Part shown: in pieces, positions 50,501-61,288 of the stretch | Layout: every line of letters begins with the position of its first letter | How positions within the stretch are numbered: position 1 is the first letter of the stretch | DNA from: Aplysia californica | Lineage: Eukaryota | Length of the DNA stretch: 64,000 nucleotides | Direction of reading: 5' to 3' | Assembly (NCBI RefSeq): GCF_000002075.1 | Contig: NW_004797831.1 | Coordinates: 423,249 to 487,248, forward strand | The notes under the pieces: model-generated | Told to the model about the DNA's origin: nothing | Seen by the model: the letters and a program-made list of their open reading frames with translations, nothing else | Databases searched by the model: none | Made by a program: the position numbers and the translations under genes

Positions 50501-53500
50501 CGATCCGATCAACATTCCCACCACAAAAGGAGGCCATGACCTCAGGCCGAAGAGACCCGAGCCAGACTGTTCCACCTGCAGAAACAATTACTATTATTAT
50601 TAATGATTATTATAAAATATTCACCCACAATATGAGCAATTTAACACTTTGCAGTCACACAGCCAGGAGTACAAAATACCCCATCTGGTCACCCAGCCAG
50701 GAGAGCGACTGCATAGGACTTCTCCGGTCTGGCGCCAGGTGACCAGAACGGATAATTTTCACCAGCGCATTATTGCGCCAAGAAACCGCAAAGTGTTAAA
50801 AGAAGAAAGAGGTAAACAAGTATACCCCCTCATATTATACGTAAAACATAAGCCCCTTTCTTAAGACATTTTCCTTTTAATCATTGATAACTGATGTGAA
50901 ATTAGCATTGGACAGAATATTGTTAACAGAACTAGTTTCCTGAATTTTACTCTTGATTTTTGCATGAAATATTCAGTACATTTGCGTGACTGGTACTTGA
51001 TTTCTTGCTTGTTGAGCCCACTCCGTCATGTCAGAAATTCGTCCAGTATTATAGTCACGACCTACAAAAATGAGCCGATTTTGGAACCAAAGTATATCGC
51101 CTGTATTATACACAAGTCGTCATGCTGTCTGTTTTGGGTGTCTGATTTGAGAAGGGAGAGTCGAATCAACATAAAACAAGTCATTCAGTGTCAGAAAGAG
51201 CAAAGCATGCGTTAACCTTTTCCCTCCGGCTCGCCACTTTGCCACCTTTAAGAAGTTAAAATTTCCTTGAAACCCATCTCAATGTATTTCCAAGTGGGGC
51301 ATTAACACCTGTCAGTATGAGGGTGAGCATCAACGCCTACAAAAATAAACCAAACCGGCCCACTAGTGGGGGATACTTCCCAGATTGGCAAGCATCGCCC
51401 TACATGAACCTGTCTCCTTACTGTTACATTTGTGGTGTCAGTGGTCCAGTGGTTAGGCTACCAGACTCGCAACCATAAGGTTGTGGGTTCGAATCCTGTC
51501 AGGGACGAGACGATGTGTCCTTGAGAAAGGCACTTTGCATGAATTTTCCTTAATTCTCCATGGTGGAAATGGGTATCCAGCTATGGACAGTGAAAGATCT
51601 TGTATGTTTGTTCATGTTTGAGCGCATGAAATCCACAGCTGCCACTGTATGCTTCCTGGGAAGCCAAGAATATTTATGAGTGTTCTAGGATCTGTTGGGG
51701 TAATAATGGTTGTAAAGCATATAGAGCATGCTGTTGAGCGTAGATATGCACTATATAAATACAACTAACATTATTATCATTACATTACCTCAGTGGTCCA
51801 CGGGAAGAAAACCTCAAGCCCAAAGACAAAGAGACCCATGAGAGCAGCCAATGGAAGAGCCATGTTGAAGTAAGGTGTGCCCATTTGCTCATCCAGTCTG
51901 AAAATCATCAGAACAACAAATAACAAGTAAACTAAACATCAAATGTAAGTAGCATGTAGTCAAAATTCAACTCTAGTCAGTTTTCTTCTCAGATGAAAAA
52001 GATATGTATTATAATATGATTTTAGTCACAACATAAAGTATTGTCTGTGGTTGTTACCTGTATTTGTAAAGCGCTCAGAGCCTGTGTTCTTCAATCGGGG
52101 TAGAATGCTATACAAATGTCATGTAATTGGACAAGATGTTAGGAGAATTTTTTAATTAAAAAATTATAAATTTTTTTTTTTGGGGGGGGGGGGGGGGGGT
52201 TGCAATGTGTCTTTGAGAGTGATGAAGGCTGAAGGTGATGATGATTGTACCATTAATCTATGTGGAAAAAGTAAAATAATCTGTGCAATCTGGTTTATTG
52301 TATTCCATAAAGCTTCGTAACACTGAATGTTACTTCTTTCACTCAAAACAAAACCTCAATTCTGTTCATAAAACGACTTTTACTGAATTCTCCCGCTGTA
52401 TAGCACATCAAAAACATCTTTATCTTACATTTGCACACAAAGCAAGCTAATTATGCTGTACATATACAAAAAAGGGAAATCTAAAGAGAAAAGAACTTAC
52501 TTTGACGGTTGTTTCGCCCTCTTCCTGTAAATGGAGTAGGGAAGGACCGGGTCAGTGAGGGCGTACAGGTAAACACCCAGCAGGCCGCCCGTCACAGTCA
52601 GAACTGAAAAGTTTGGTTTTAGTAGAGGTTTTACGGCGCTCGCAACTGCATAAGGTCATATGATGAACGCCAGAAGATTAGAGGTGTTACAAGAGAGTAA
52701 CAAACATAAAAAAAGAAGAAGGGGAGATAAGGACGATAGATGTTTGATAGGATAGAAGGAGCAAACCACACCAGAGCACCCGCCAACCACCCACAGAACT
52801 GAAAAGCAGCAGACATTAAATAAATGAAGTAAGTCATAAAACAACTATAGTCTAGCACACACATAGTGAAACTGGCAGGACAAAGAAATATTTTCATTCT
52901 GAATTTCGCTACACGTGTGTTGTGTTAAGACAAAGAATAAATGCCCTTTTTTTTGAGTAAGGAGAAGCACATCGACACAATAAAGGTCATTTCACCTTCA
53001 CCTATCCCATAGACTGGATGACTGTCAGGGCGCTTTTGAAGATTGGTCATTTAGTGCTGGGAAAAAGTAAGACAGACAGACAGAAACAACAGAGGGAAAG
53101 TAACGAAGTAGGACCCTACAAGAGGTGTCCTCCAACTATCCGCTGAAGAGACAAATATGCTTTCTGCACTGTCACTTGTGTAAACTGCCACTTGTGTAAA
53201 CCGTCACTCGTGTAAACTGCCACTTGTGTAAACCGTCACTCGTGTAAACTGTCACTTGTGTAAACTGTCACTTGTGTAAACTGTCACTAGTGTAAACTGT
53301 CACTTGTGTAAACTGTCACTTGTGTAAACTGTCACTTGTGTTGTAAACTGTCACTTGTGTAAACTGTCACTTGTGTAAACTGTGTAAACTGTCACTTGTG
53401 TAAACTGTCACTTGTGTAAACTGTGTAAACTGTCACTTGTGTAAACTGTCACTTGTGTAAACTGTCACTTGTGTAAACTGTCACTTGTGTAAACTGTGTA

Positions 53501-56500
53501 AACTGTCACTTGTGTAAACTGTCACTTGTGTAAAACTATAAACCGTCACTTGTGTAAACTGTCACTTGTGTAAACCGTCACTTGTGTAAACTGTCACTTG
53601 TGTAAACTACTTGTGTAAACAGTCACTTGTGTAAACCGTCACTAGTGTAAACCGTCACTAGTGTAAACTGTCACTTTTGTAAACTGTCACTTGTGTAAAC
53701 CGTCACTTGTGTAAACTGTCCCTATTTCCTCACCTGAATGCGGGACGGCTGCCCCAACCTGAGCTAGCACCATTCCTGGACACTGTGGGAGACACAAGTT
53801 TAGTTGAGTTTTAGTAAAAGAGTATCGTAATATTAGGTGTTTTAAGGCACTAGCAACACAATAAGGTCATTTATAAGTTCCGAAGATTAGATATGTTACA
53901 AAAGAGTGACAAACACAAAAAAGGAGGAGAAGAGATAAGAACGACAGATGTTTAATAGGAAAGGAGCAGACCACACCAGAATACCCACCAACCACCCACT
54001 GATCAAAACAACAAACACAGAGAAAACACAGACCACTTATTGAAGCCCATGATTTGTCTGATCTTCCTTCTAAACGATCTAAATACTAAATAGTGTTGAT
54101 GAAGGCGTAAAACTTCTACAATGATCTCATCTCCTTTGACAAAATAACAGTTCAAGAACACGGTGCAAAGACAGATCACATTTTATTCGTTTCCGAGGAA
54201 TATGCACAACCTGTAAAAAAAATGACTCAGGCATACCTGTAGCTTAGCTCAACGTCTGACAAAAGTTATAAAAAAACAACCAAACCCAAAAACAATGATA
54301 AACGACTTCAGCCCTAATGAATATATTCATCCCGTCATTAACCGTTCCTCACCGCGCCAGCGAGAGTCATGCCGGTGCCTAAGATGGCCGCCCCGAGACC
54401 CGTCCCAAAGATTGTCTTGTAGCGGAGACCACACATGTACTCCTGCACTGCGCGCTGCATCTTCCTACGAGTCGCCGGGATCATCGTGAGGAAGGAGAAC
54501 ACCAACATCCCTGGGGAAGTAGCACATGAATGATGAGCTGGAGTCCACAGCTTTTGAACTGACAGCCAAAAGGGTGTGTATTTTTAAAAAAGGGTAGCGA
54601 TATTTCAACGGCATGTCGTCTGAAGATCGTAGTTGATATTTCCACGGCATGCTGTCTGAACATCAGAAGTGATACCTATACGGTAGGCTATGCCGAATTG
54701 TTTTTATTTTCAGGCGACGAGTCGGGTGATTATTCTACCCGACCCGATCTGATCCCATCCGCAAATGGGCACCCTACTGTTGGAAAAAAAAGTCGTCTCT
54801 CCATTTTGCTTGCACAAAGTAAATTGTGCATCTCTCATTCTCGTTACAATCACACAAAATATTTCATCATTGTCAATAAAGCACAAAATGATAGCAAAGG
54901 ATAAATATTGTTAACTAAACATACAGGTATCTTAAATTGTATAGTTTTACAGCACTTGCAACACAATAGCTTATATAAATGTTGAAGACTAAAGGTGTTA
55001 CTAGAGATCAACATACAAAAAAAGAAAGAAAGAGGAGATACAAAGGACGATAGATGTCTCATGGGAAAGGATTGTCTATGATTTAAACAAGACAACACCA
55101 GCTCAAAACAGGCCACTCAGCACACTGCAGTCACCAGCATACAGAGTCTATCCAATTGAAATTATTGTTGGTGTCATGCCGATTGCTGTGTAAATATTCA
55201 TGTGTAAAAAAAATTCATTATCATTGTCGATCGACTGTGAGCAAGGACAAAAAAAAAGTGGTCATTTCAGCCTTTCCTTTTTCTTTCTTGATCAGTGCAG
55301 AGAAGCGCTAACCAGGTATTTCATATAACAAAATGCTGCCATTGAGATATTAAGTCGAAATTTTCCAAGGTGGCAACTCATTATTGAGGAGAAAAGTGAC
55401 TGTCTTAGAGGTGTGGATGTCTTGGAAATTGTCATTATAATATTTCCAAAATGCTGGGTGGGAATGAGAAGTGATTGTTTGCAAGGGTGATTATTTTCGG
55501 CAGGTTGCTATTAATAATAATAATAATAGATAGCATTAGTATAGCACAAAGTCCCACTCAACAGCAAGCTCTATACACTTCACAATCTATATTAGAGCAG
55601 GTCCGACAGTATTAACAAACTTGATGATCACTTGAAGTCAAAGCGAGGAAAAATCTAAAATGTTATGGCTCTAGAAAGCAGAAAGGAAATATTAGCTTCT
55701 GAGGAAGAAATCCCTCCCCCCCCCTCCTTCTTTAATGCCTGTTATTTCATATATATTACAGCACAATGTGATTGTACCGCCATGTGTTAGTCAACAATGA
55801 ACAGTACTTGCATGCACATTTGTATGTCCATATGATATTGTATAAACTGCTGTAATGGCATTGAAACTATTATCTTTTTTAATCCAAAAAGACTCCTACC
55901 TGTGGCAGATGCTGAAACAAACATTTTCATCATGGTGAAATTCTGTAACACCATCTGTTGCCGAATTATTTGAGGTTCGAACACTGCAGAGAAAAAAAAA
56001 AGACAATCGAAAGGTTATTAAACAATTATTAAAATAATTTTAAAGACAGTATCACTGAAAAAGACAGAGGAGAGGCACACACAACACAAGAGCTCGCATC
56101 AGCCATCTGCATCTTCTGATTCAGAGAGCTGGATACACTTTCATCATGGACCTCCACTTCACTCAGTCTTGTGTTGCAGCAATGGTGTCTGGTGGATACA
56201 CTTTAACCCTTTCCTATTCACCCTGACCAATAAAAAAGGCAAGAGCTAGAGTTTAACTTTGTAGAAACTAGCTGAACAGGCCCCGTGAGGTTTCTTACGT
56301 GGGATGTCCTCAACCACACCCTGAGGAGACCCCCGACAAGCATCATCAGGCAGGCTTTAACGTGGAACCCACAAGGAAAACATAAGAACGGAAGACCAAA
56401 GGTGACATGGAGGCGAGCGGTACAAGCGGAAATTGAAAAAGCAGGGACATCATGGAAACAGCTAGAAAAGGATGCTCAGGATGGGCTTCGCTGGAGTAAT

Positions 56501-56956
56501 GTTGTTGATGGCCTGTGCTCCACTAGGAGTTAAAAAGGGCAAGAGAGAGAGAGAGAGATGTCCTCAACGGTACACTTGGCTGTACTGATACAAATAGATC
56601 ACAACCTCCCCCCCCCCTCCCCTCTCAAATAAAGTGACAGATATCTTCAATATTTACAGTTCAGCATACGATTAGCAATAAGCAAAGGCTCTAAAATTTC
56701 CCATCTATAACGAAGAGAAATTAAATTTGACTAGAGTACACTGAGTTGTCGGAAAAGGGGAGATGATCAGTGTCAGTGACTTACCTCTGCCCTTTTCCAG
56801 AGCTAATCCAAACAGGACACCCATGATGATACTGGTTGCTATTTTTATCACAGGATTAAACTCTTGAGATCTTGCAGGCATTTCGGGAGTATCGTCGGGA
56901 CCTTCGTCTTTCCAGTGAAAACGGTATCTGACATCCTTTTCCTCAGGACTCGACAT
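47435..56956 (-). CDS. YeeE/YedE (sulfur transport, TsuA/PmpAB-like) polytopic membrane protein, 10 coding exons, 392 aa
   Basis: Exons 56956-56785, 55983-55900, 54510-54353, 53782-53734, 52603-52501, 51897-51789, 50575-50461, 49783-49671, 48722-48571, 47558-47435 join in frame (1179 nt). Motifs GVLFGLALEKGRVFEP, GTGMTLAGACPG, WPPFVVGMLIG, LGSSSSY, GGLLMIFGARMASGCTSGHGLSG. Confidence 0.9.
47585..47846. repeat. (ATC)n-derived simple repeat
   Basis: degenerate ATC/TTC triplets. Confidence 0.9.
48086..48325 (-). mobile_element. tRNA-derived SINE, family B
   Basis: reverse complement of the 19719 copy. Confidence 0.8.
48571..48722 (-). CDS. YeeE/YedE exon 9
   Basis: gccag|VIFVGG...GGLLMIFGARMASGCT AG|gtgagg. 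Confidence 0.9.
48930..49100 (-). mobile_element. Family A copy inserted in a ~47-bp minisatellite
   Basis: sequence similarity. Confidence 0.75.
49671..49783 (-). CDS. YeeE/YedE exon 8
   Basis: ctgcag|GSSSSYCT...NWWQ|gtagga. Confidence 0.88.
50280..50456. repeat. ~60-bp unit, three tandem copies
   Basis: ATTGACAT.TCAAACAAA...TCATAAAACTA..CT.GGAGAC. Confidence 0.8.
50461..50575 (-). CDS. YeeE/YedE exon 7
   Basis: ctgcag|VEQ..SWPPFVVGMLIGSLQAP..DTL G|gtacgt. Confidence 0.88.
51433..51785 (+). mobile_element. tRNA-headed CORE-like SINE
   Basis: A box TGGTCCAGTGG, B box GGTTCGAATCC, CORE-like GTGTCCTTGAG.AAGGCACTT..AAATGGGTA, short ATT-repeat tail. Confidence 0.6.
51789..51897 (-). CDS. YeeE/YedE exon 6
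   Basis: ttttcag|LDEQMG...LEVFFPWTTE|gtaatg. Confidence 0.87.
52501..52603 (-). CDS. YeeE/YedE exon 5
   Basis: ttttcag|VLTVTGGLLGVYLYAL...QPS AA|gtaagt. Confidence 0.87.
52612..52793 (-). mobile_element. Family A copy whose 13-bp TSD duplicates the exon 5 acceptor
   Basis: CAGAACTGAAAAG at 52599-52611 and 52794-52806. Confidence 0.85.
53168..53720. repeat. 16-bp minisatellite, ~35 copies
   Basis: CTGTCACTTGTGTAAA units. Confidence 0.92.
53734..53782 (-). CDS. YeeE/YedE exon 4 (CPG motif)
   Basis: cacag|CPGMVLAQVGAAVPHS G|gtgagg. Confidence 0.88.
53799..53998 (-). mobile_element. Family A copy ending ~16 nt before the CPG exon
   Basis: sequence similarity. Confidence 0.75.
54353..54510 (-). 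CDS. YeeE/YedE exon 3
   Basis: ccccag|GMLVFSFL...LGAAILGTGMTLAGA|gtgagg. Confidence 0.88.
54940..55070 (-). mobile_element. Degraded family A copy
   Basis: 3' hairpin and body similarity. Confidence 0.6.
55900..55983 (-). CDS. YeeE/YedE exon 2
   Basis: ctgcag|VFEPQIIRQQMVLQNFTMMKMFVSASAT G|gtagga. Confidence 0.88.
56315..56556 (+). mobile_element. 5'-truncated RTE-clade LINE 3' end
   Basis: same C-terminal peptide, (GA)n tail, TSD GATGTCCTCAAC. Confidence 0.85.
56785..56956 (-). CDS. YeeE/YedE coding exon 1
   Basis: acceptor ccag| with the exon starting at 56978, accATGT start, ..GVLFGLALEKGR G|gtaagt. Confidence 0.88.
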
Positions 56957-59405
56957 GGTAGTGAGGCTGCCGGTTTTCCTGGAAGAAGCAAATCAAAAGG
57001 TCAAAACCAATAACAAAGATTGTCCTTTCATTCTAAATTCTTTTACATCAACTCTTGATCCATTAAACACGGTGAAGAAAAACAAAAATATACTTCATAT
57101 TATCACTTTCTGAAAACCACAGAAGAAATTGAAAATACTGACAGGGAAAAAAGACACGTTATACAACCCCATCTTTACTGAAAAAACATCTCAACTTTGG
57201 CATACTGATCTTGAACACCATCTAAATAGGTGAGCCTCACTGTCTATTATGAAGGTGATCTTAAATGAAACATTGAAGTTGTGTAGTAGTAGTAGGATTT
57301 TCGGTATTCGTTACGAGCAAATTACCACTTCTGATAATAAAATTGAAAAGTGGGGGAGAAAGTACCATAGAATTCCCAACATACTTTAATCAAGTTTTCA
57401 TGTCGACAAAACAAAACAGATAATTATAAAAGAAATTCAACTCCAGAAATGGAAAAAAAAAGAACTTTGCACAAAATAGAAATGAAGTGGAGCAAGAGAA
57501 TAGAAAACAGAAATGGGCCAAGAGGAAAAGAGAGAAAACATAGAGGTAATTCAAAGGTAAAAGTAAAAACCAATAACAGGGATAGTCTTTTCATTCTAAA
57601 TTCTTTAAGTCAACTTTTCATTAATTCAACAGGAATAAACAAAGGACAAATACTTCACACTATTACATTCTGAAAATGCCAAAAAACATCACAAGAATAT
57701 TTTTTAAATGGTTAATTAAACACAAAACTTAAGTAACAGAAGGCTAACAGACCTTTGGGCATTGGAACAAAGTTGAAAACAAAACATCACTCTTGTAGAA
57801 AGAAAAAACTTTGAATTTTTTAAACTCTTGAACTTTCATGTAAGAATACCATGCTCATAGACTCATAGACACCACGTGTGAACAATCACTTTTTGTGGCT
57901 TGTGGTTCTGTAGACAACAGGTGGAAAAAAACCCTAGGAAATTTGATATATGTGTGCTTTCTCCACACAGACTAATAATTTCATTGTCCACGCAAGCTCT
58001 CTTTAAAGTCAAGGCTTTGTGTACGATGGACTTGATATTTGATATGTATGCAACAATGAATATATCAGTGTCATGTCTCTATGGAGAGCCTTCAATTAAC
58101 TTTCCTATTACTATTACATAAGCATAATGTGTGCCTCCTTTTTTTAATGGTGTACAGAGGTCAAAAGATGATGAAATGAATGACATATTTATATATATAT
58201 GATGTCAGCTTTATTTCTACTCATTCATTCATTATAATACAACATGACTACAGGTGAAAAGTACAGCTTTTAAAGTACATGGTAGAATTATATGTTAAAC
58301 AGGGAAAATATTTCAAACATAATTTAGCATTATGTTAAAGAAAAGTGTACCATCACAAGGAGAGCTCCCCTTACCCCCTCCCCTAGAAAAAATCTGAACA
58401 CTGTTTTCTTCTTCTTTGTGTTCCCCTGCTAACTACTAAATCACAAAGTAGTCTACACTGCTTGTTTCAACCTGCAGAACAACTGATGTGAACGTTTTTC
58501 CTACTTCATAAAGCCCCTGTCTTCAAGTTTTTCAGACAGCCACATTCCCAATTTGAAGGAACTCTATATTTTTAAAAATACTGAAATAAGTGTTTTCAGT
58601 TTTGGTGGGATCTTTAACGTGCACAGCTTGCACATGGTACTTCGAAGAATTTTCACCCTCATCTGAGAAGGCTATATTAGGAGTTCAATTTTACCTGCCC
58701 TACGATCATAGTATGTGAAAGAGAGAACAGATGCAGTTGAAAAAGTCAGGAGAAAGGAAGAGAAGAGCAGAGAGGAAGCCAGAGGTAGGGGTGGGGAAAG
58801 GAGTGAGGAAATGTAGAGGACAGCGGATGATAGAACAGTGCTAGAGAACAGGATAATAATGGAGCAAACTTTCAAAGAAAAAATGTTTATTTGTCTCTGG
58901 AATATTTCAATTCAAGGAACTTTTGACTGATACTTGATAGATGAACACAGCATCTCTATAGTTTCATAACACGTGTCCCTTTAAAAACAAAACAAAACAA
59001 AACAAAAAAACTGTTGCTATCGTCTAGACAACAAAACTTACATGTTTTCATATATTTCAGGAAGGCACACAGTAGACAGAGGCACAGCACACAGTCGACA
59101 CAGGCACACAACCAGGCTATGAGATGAAAATACCTCAAGAAAATCACCCCGACTGAGCGAGTTTTGCCAAACCGGACGTGTACTCCTCTGTGCTGCTGTG
59201 ACAAGACCAGCACATGAGAACCTCAAGTAAAAATGGACAAAAAAGAACATTGTAGCTTACTATAAAACTGCCTTTGAAAATAATCTTTTACAAAAGAAAC
59301 CATCCAAACACTCTTTTATCTTTAAAAAAAGTGACAAAAGGACAGACAAATTTTCCTAAGTTAAGTAGTTAAGTAAAAAATAATTAGCCTATAAATTATA
59401 AAAAT

Positions 59406-59804
59406 GGTACATTTTTACTTTCACTCCCGCACACAGCTTTTGGGGGTTCAATTGGCTGTATTTTTGGTTGTAGATCACAGACACATATTATCATATTATG
59501 CTCTAAAACATTCGTAAATCAATAACTTTCAAGCAGATTTTAAAAAAGAGTCAAATTCTGGGGAACCCCTTGAATTGGTTAAAAGCATGAGAATTACTTC
59601 GCAAGTAGGCTTAACGTAATATAGTTCGAATAAAAACCATCAATAAATTATTTTGAAAACAAATAGGCCTAATTAGCAATGGAATAAAGCCAAATATATA
59701 GGCCTACTGGTACAAATAAAACAGACAAATGAACAAGAGGAGTGCTATGTTTATATACAAATCTAAGCCTTAGCATGAGACGGGAGTGAAAGTAAAACAA
59801 TACC
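59406..59804. mobile_element. MITE-like element
   Basis: inverted repeat TTTTACTTTCACTCCCG / CGGGAGTGAAAGTAAAA. Confidence 0.55.
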
Positions 59805-59873
59805 CTATAATCCTATAGGCCTACTTGATATCTAGGCCTACATATGGTTAATACATCGATTTAATCAAATTTA

Positions 59874-60047
59874 GGGAAGGACTTCCATAACGAGCGACCA
59901 CCCCAACAAATGCAAATAAAGTAGAGTCCGAAGAAACTTCTCTAAGGAGAACTTGCCGAGGGAAAGAGACCAAGAGGAAGACCAAAACCCTCTCCCTACC
60001 CCTCTATTTAACTGTCTCATTGTGGCCGCTCGTTACGGAAGTCCTCC
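59874..60047. mobile_element. MITE of the same family as 895-1595
   Basis: GGAAGGACTTCCATAACGAGCGACCAC...GTGGCCGCTCGTTACGGAAGTCCTCC. Confidence 0.75.
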
Positions 60048-61232
60048 AAAATTTCCCCTACATCTAGTTATAATTTAAAGACCTCTACTTAACTAGAACC
60101 TAGATCTAGACATATAGTTTCTCTAGTCTCTAGAACTAGAAGTCTGTCTTGTTGAAGTTGAAGGTAACCCCATACAATTACAATACAATGTTCATAATAG
60201 ATAAGCTCTCAATCATCTCTAAGGTCCATCAATATTAGATCATTTTGTACTCACTTCTTGGAGATCTTGTTTTCTAGACACAGGTGTGTTGAAGAACAAT
60301 CAATAATTGCAAATAGGATAGGCCAATATCGCCTTTTATCATACTGTACCAAACCCCCAGATCCTGGATCTGTCAACCTAACCAAACAAAACGGGACAGA
60401 ACGACCCTGACCTTTCTACCCTAGGTCACGTACTGTCGTTCAAGCATATCAAAAGGAAACCAAACAATAGACCAAAAACTCAAATCAAATCTCAAGTCGG
60501 CTCCCTTAAGAAAATAACAGTAGACGGAACAAAGGTTTACACTGTAATGGAGAGACAATTAGCACTTAAAACTAAGTGAAATAGCCCAGGTTTCAATATC
60601 AAACACAATTAAAGAGGATGAAACATTATTTGATCACAATTTGAGCAAGAATCTACCTTGCTTCCTGCTTGTGTTCTGTTGTTGTGGGCATCCGACACGG
60701 TCCAGTGAATTGACAATTTACACCTCAGTAAGGCCATTGGTTCGCCTTTTTAATATTATTATATTCGTTCGTAGATTTTAAGATTCAACGCTCTACATGA
60801 ATGTAAGCAGTATGTTACTTTAAAGGAGGTTTATAATCTAAAAAAATAGTACATGTATTACACATTACCAAGTAGATCTAGTAGATAAACCTGTTCCGAG
60901 ACAATCTGTTTAAAGTAATTTTGTCTCATACCTAATTTTCATTGCCGGCCAAACTATGTTCAAACGTTGTCGGGTAGAACGGAGTAGATATAGGGAGAAC
61001 AGAATTATTTGGGTACCGGTACGGAAAAACTTTCAATAACACACTCCTGCTTTGTATACATATTTTATGTATTGAATTAGATTACGATTTGTTTCACTTT
61101 AAGTAGTTGGACCTATTTAATATAAGTCTGTAGGTAGATCCTTCATAGGGTCCACCACATTCCTTATAACAGGGGATATAATCATTGCAAAATACAACCG
61201 TTGGAGAAATACTTTGTTCATTCCCTTTGACC

Positions 61233-61288
<56 letters not shown>

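Noticed and set aside
52656-52658. Single in-frame TGA in the exonisable insert as possible selenocysteine
   Set aside because: It lies in transposon sequence, I found no convincing SECIS, and the YeeE cysteines are normal Cys codons.
47435-56956. Bacterial contamination as the source of the YeeE/YedE gene
   Set aside because: Nine spliceosomal introns filled with the same repeats as the neighbouring animal genes.
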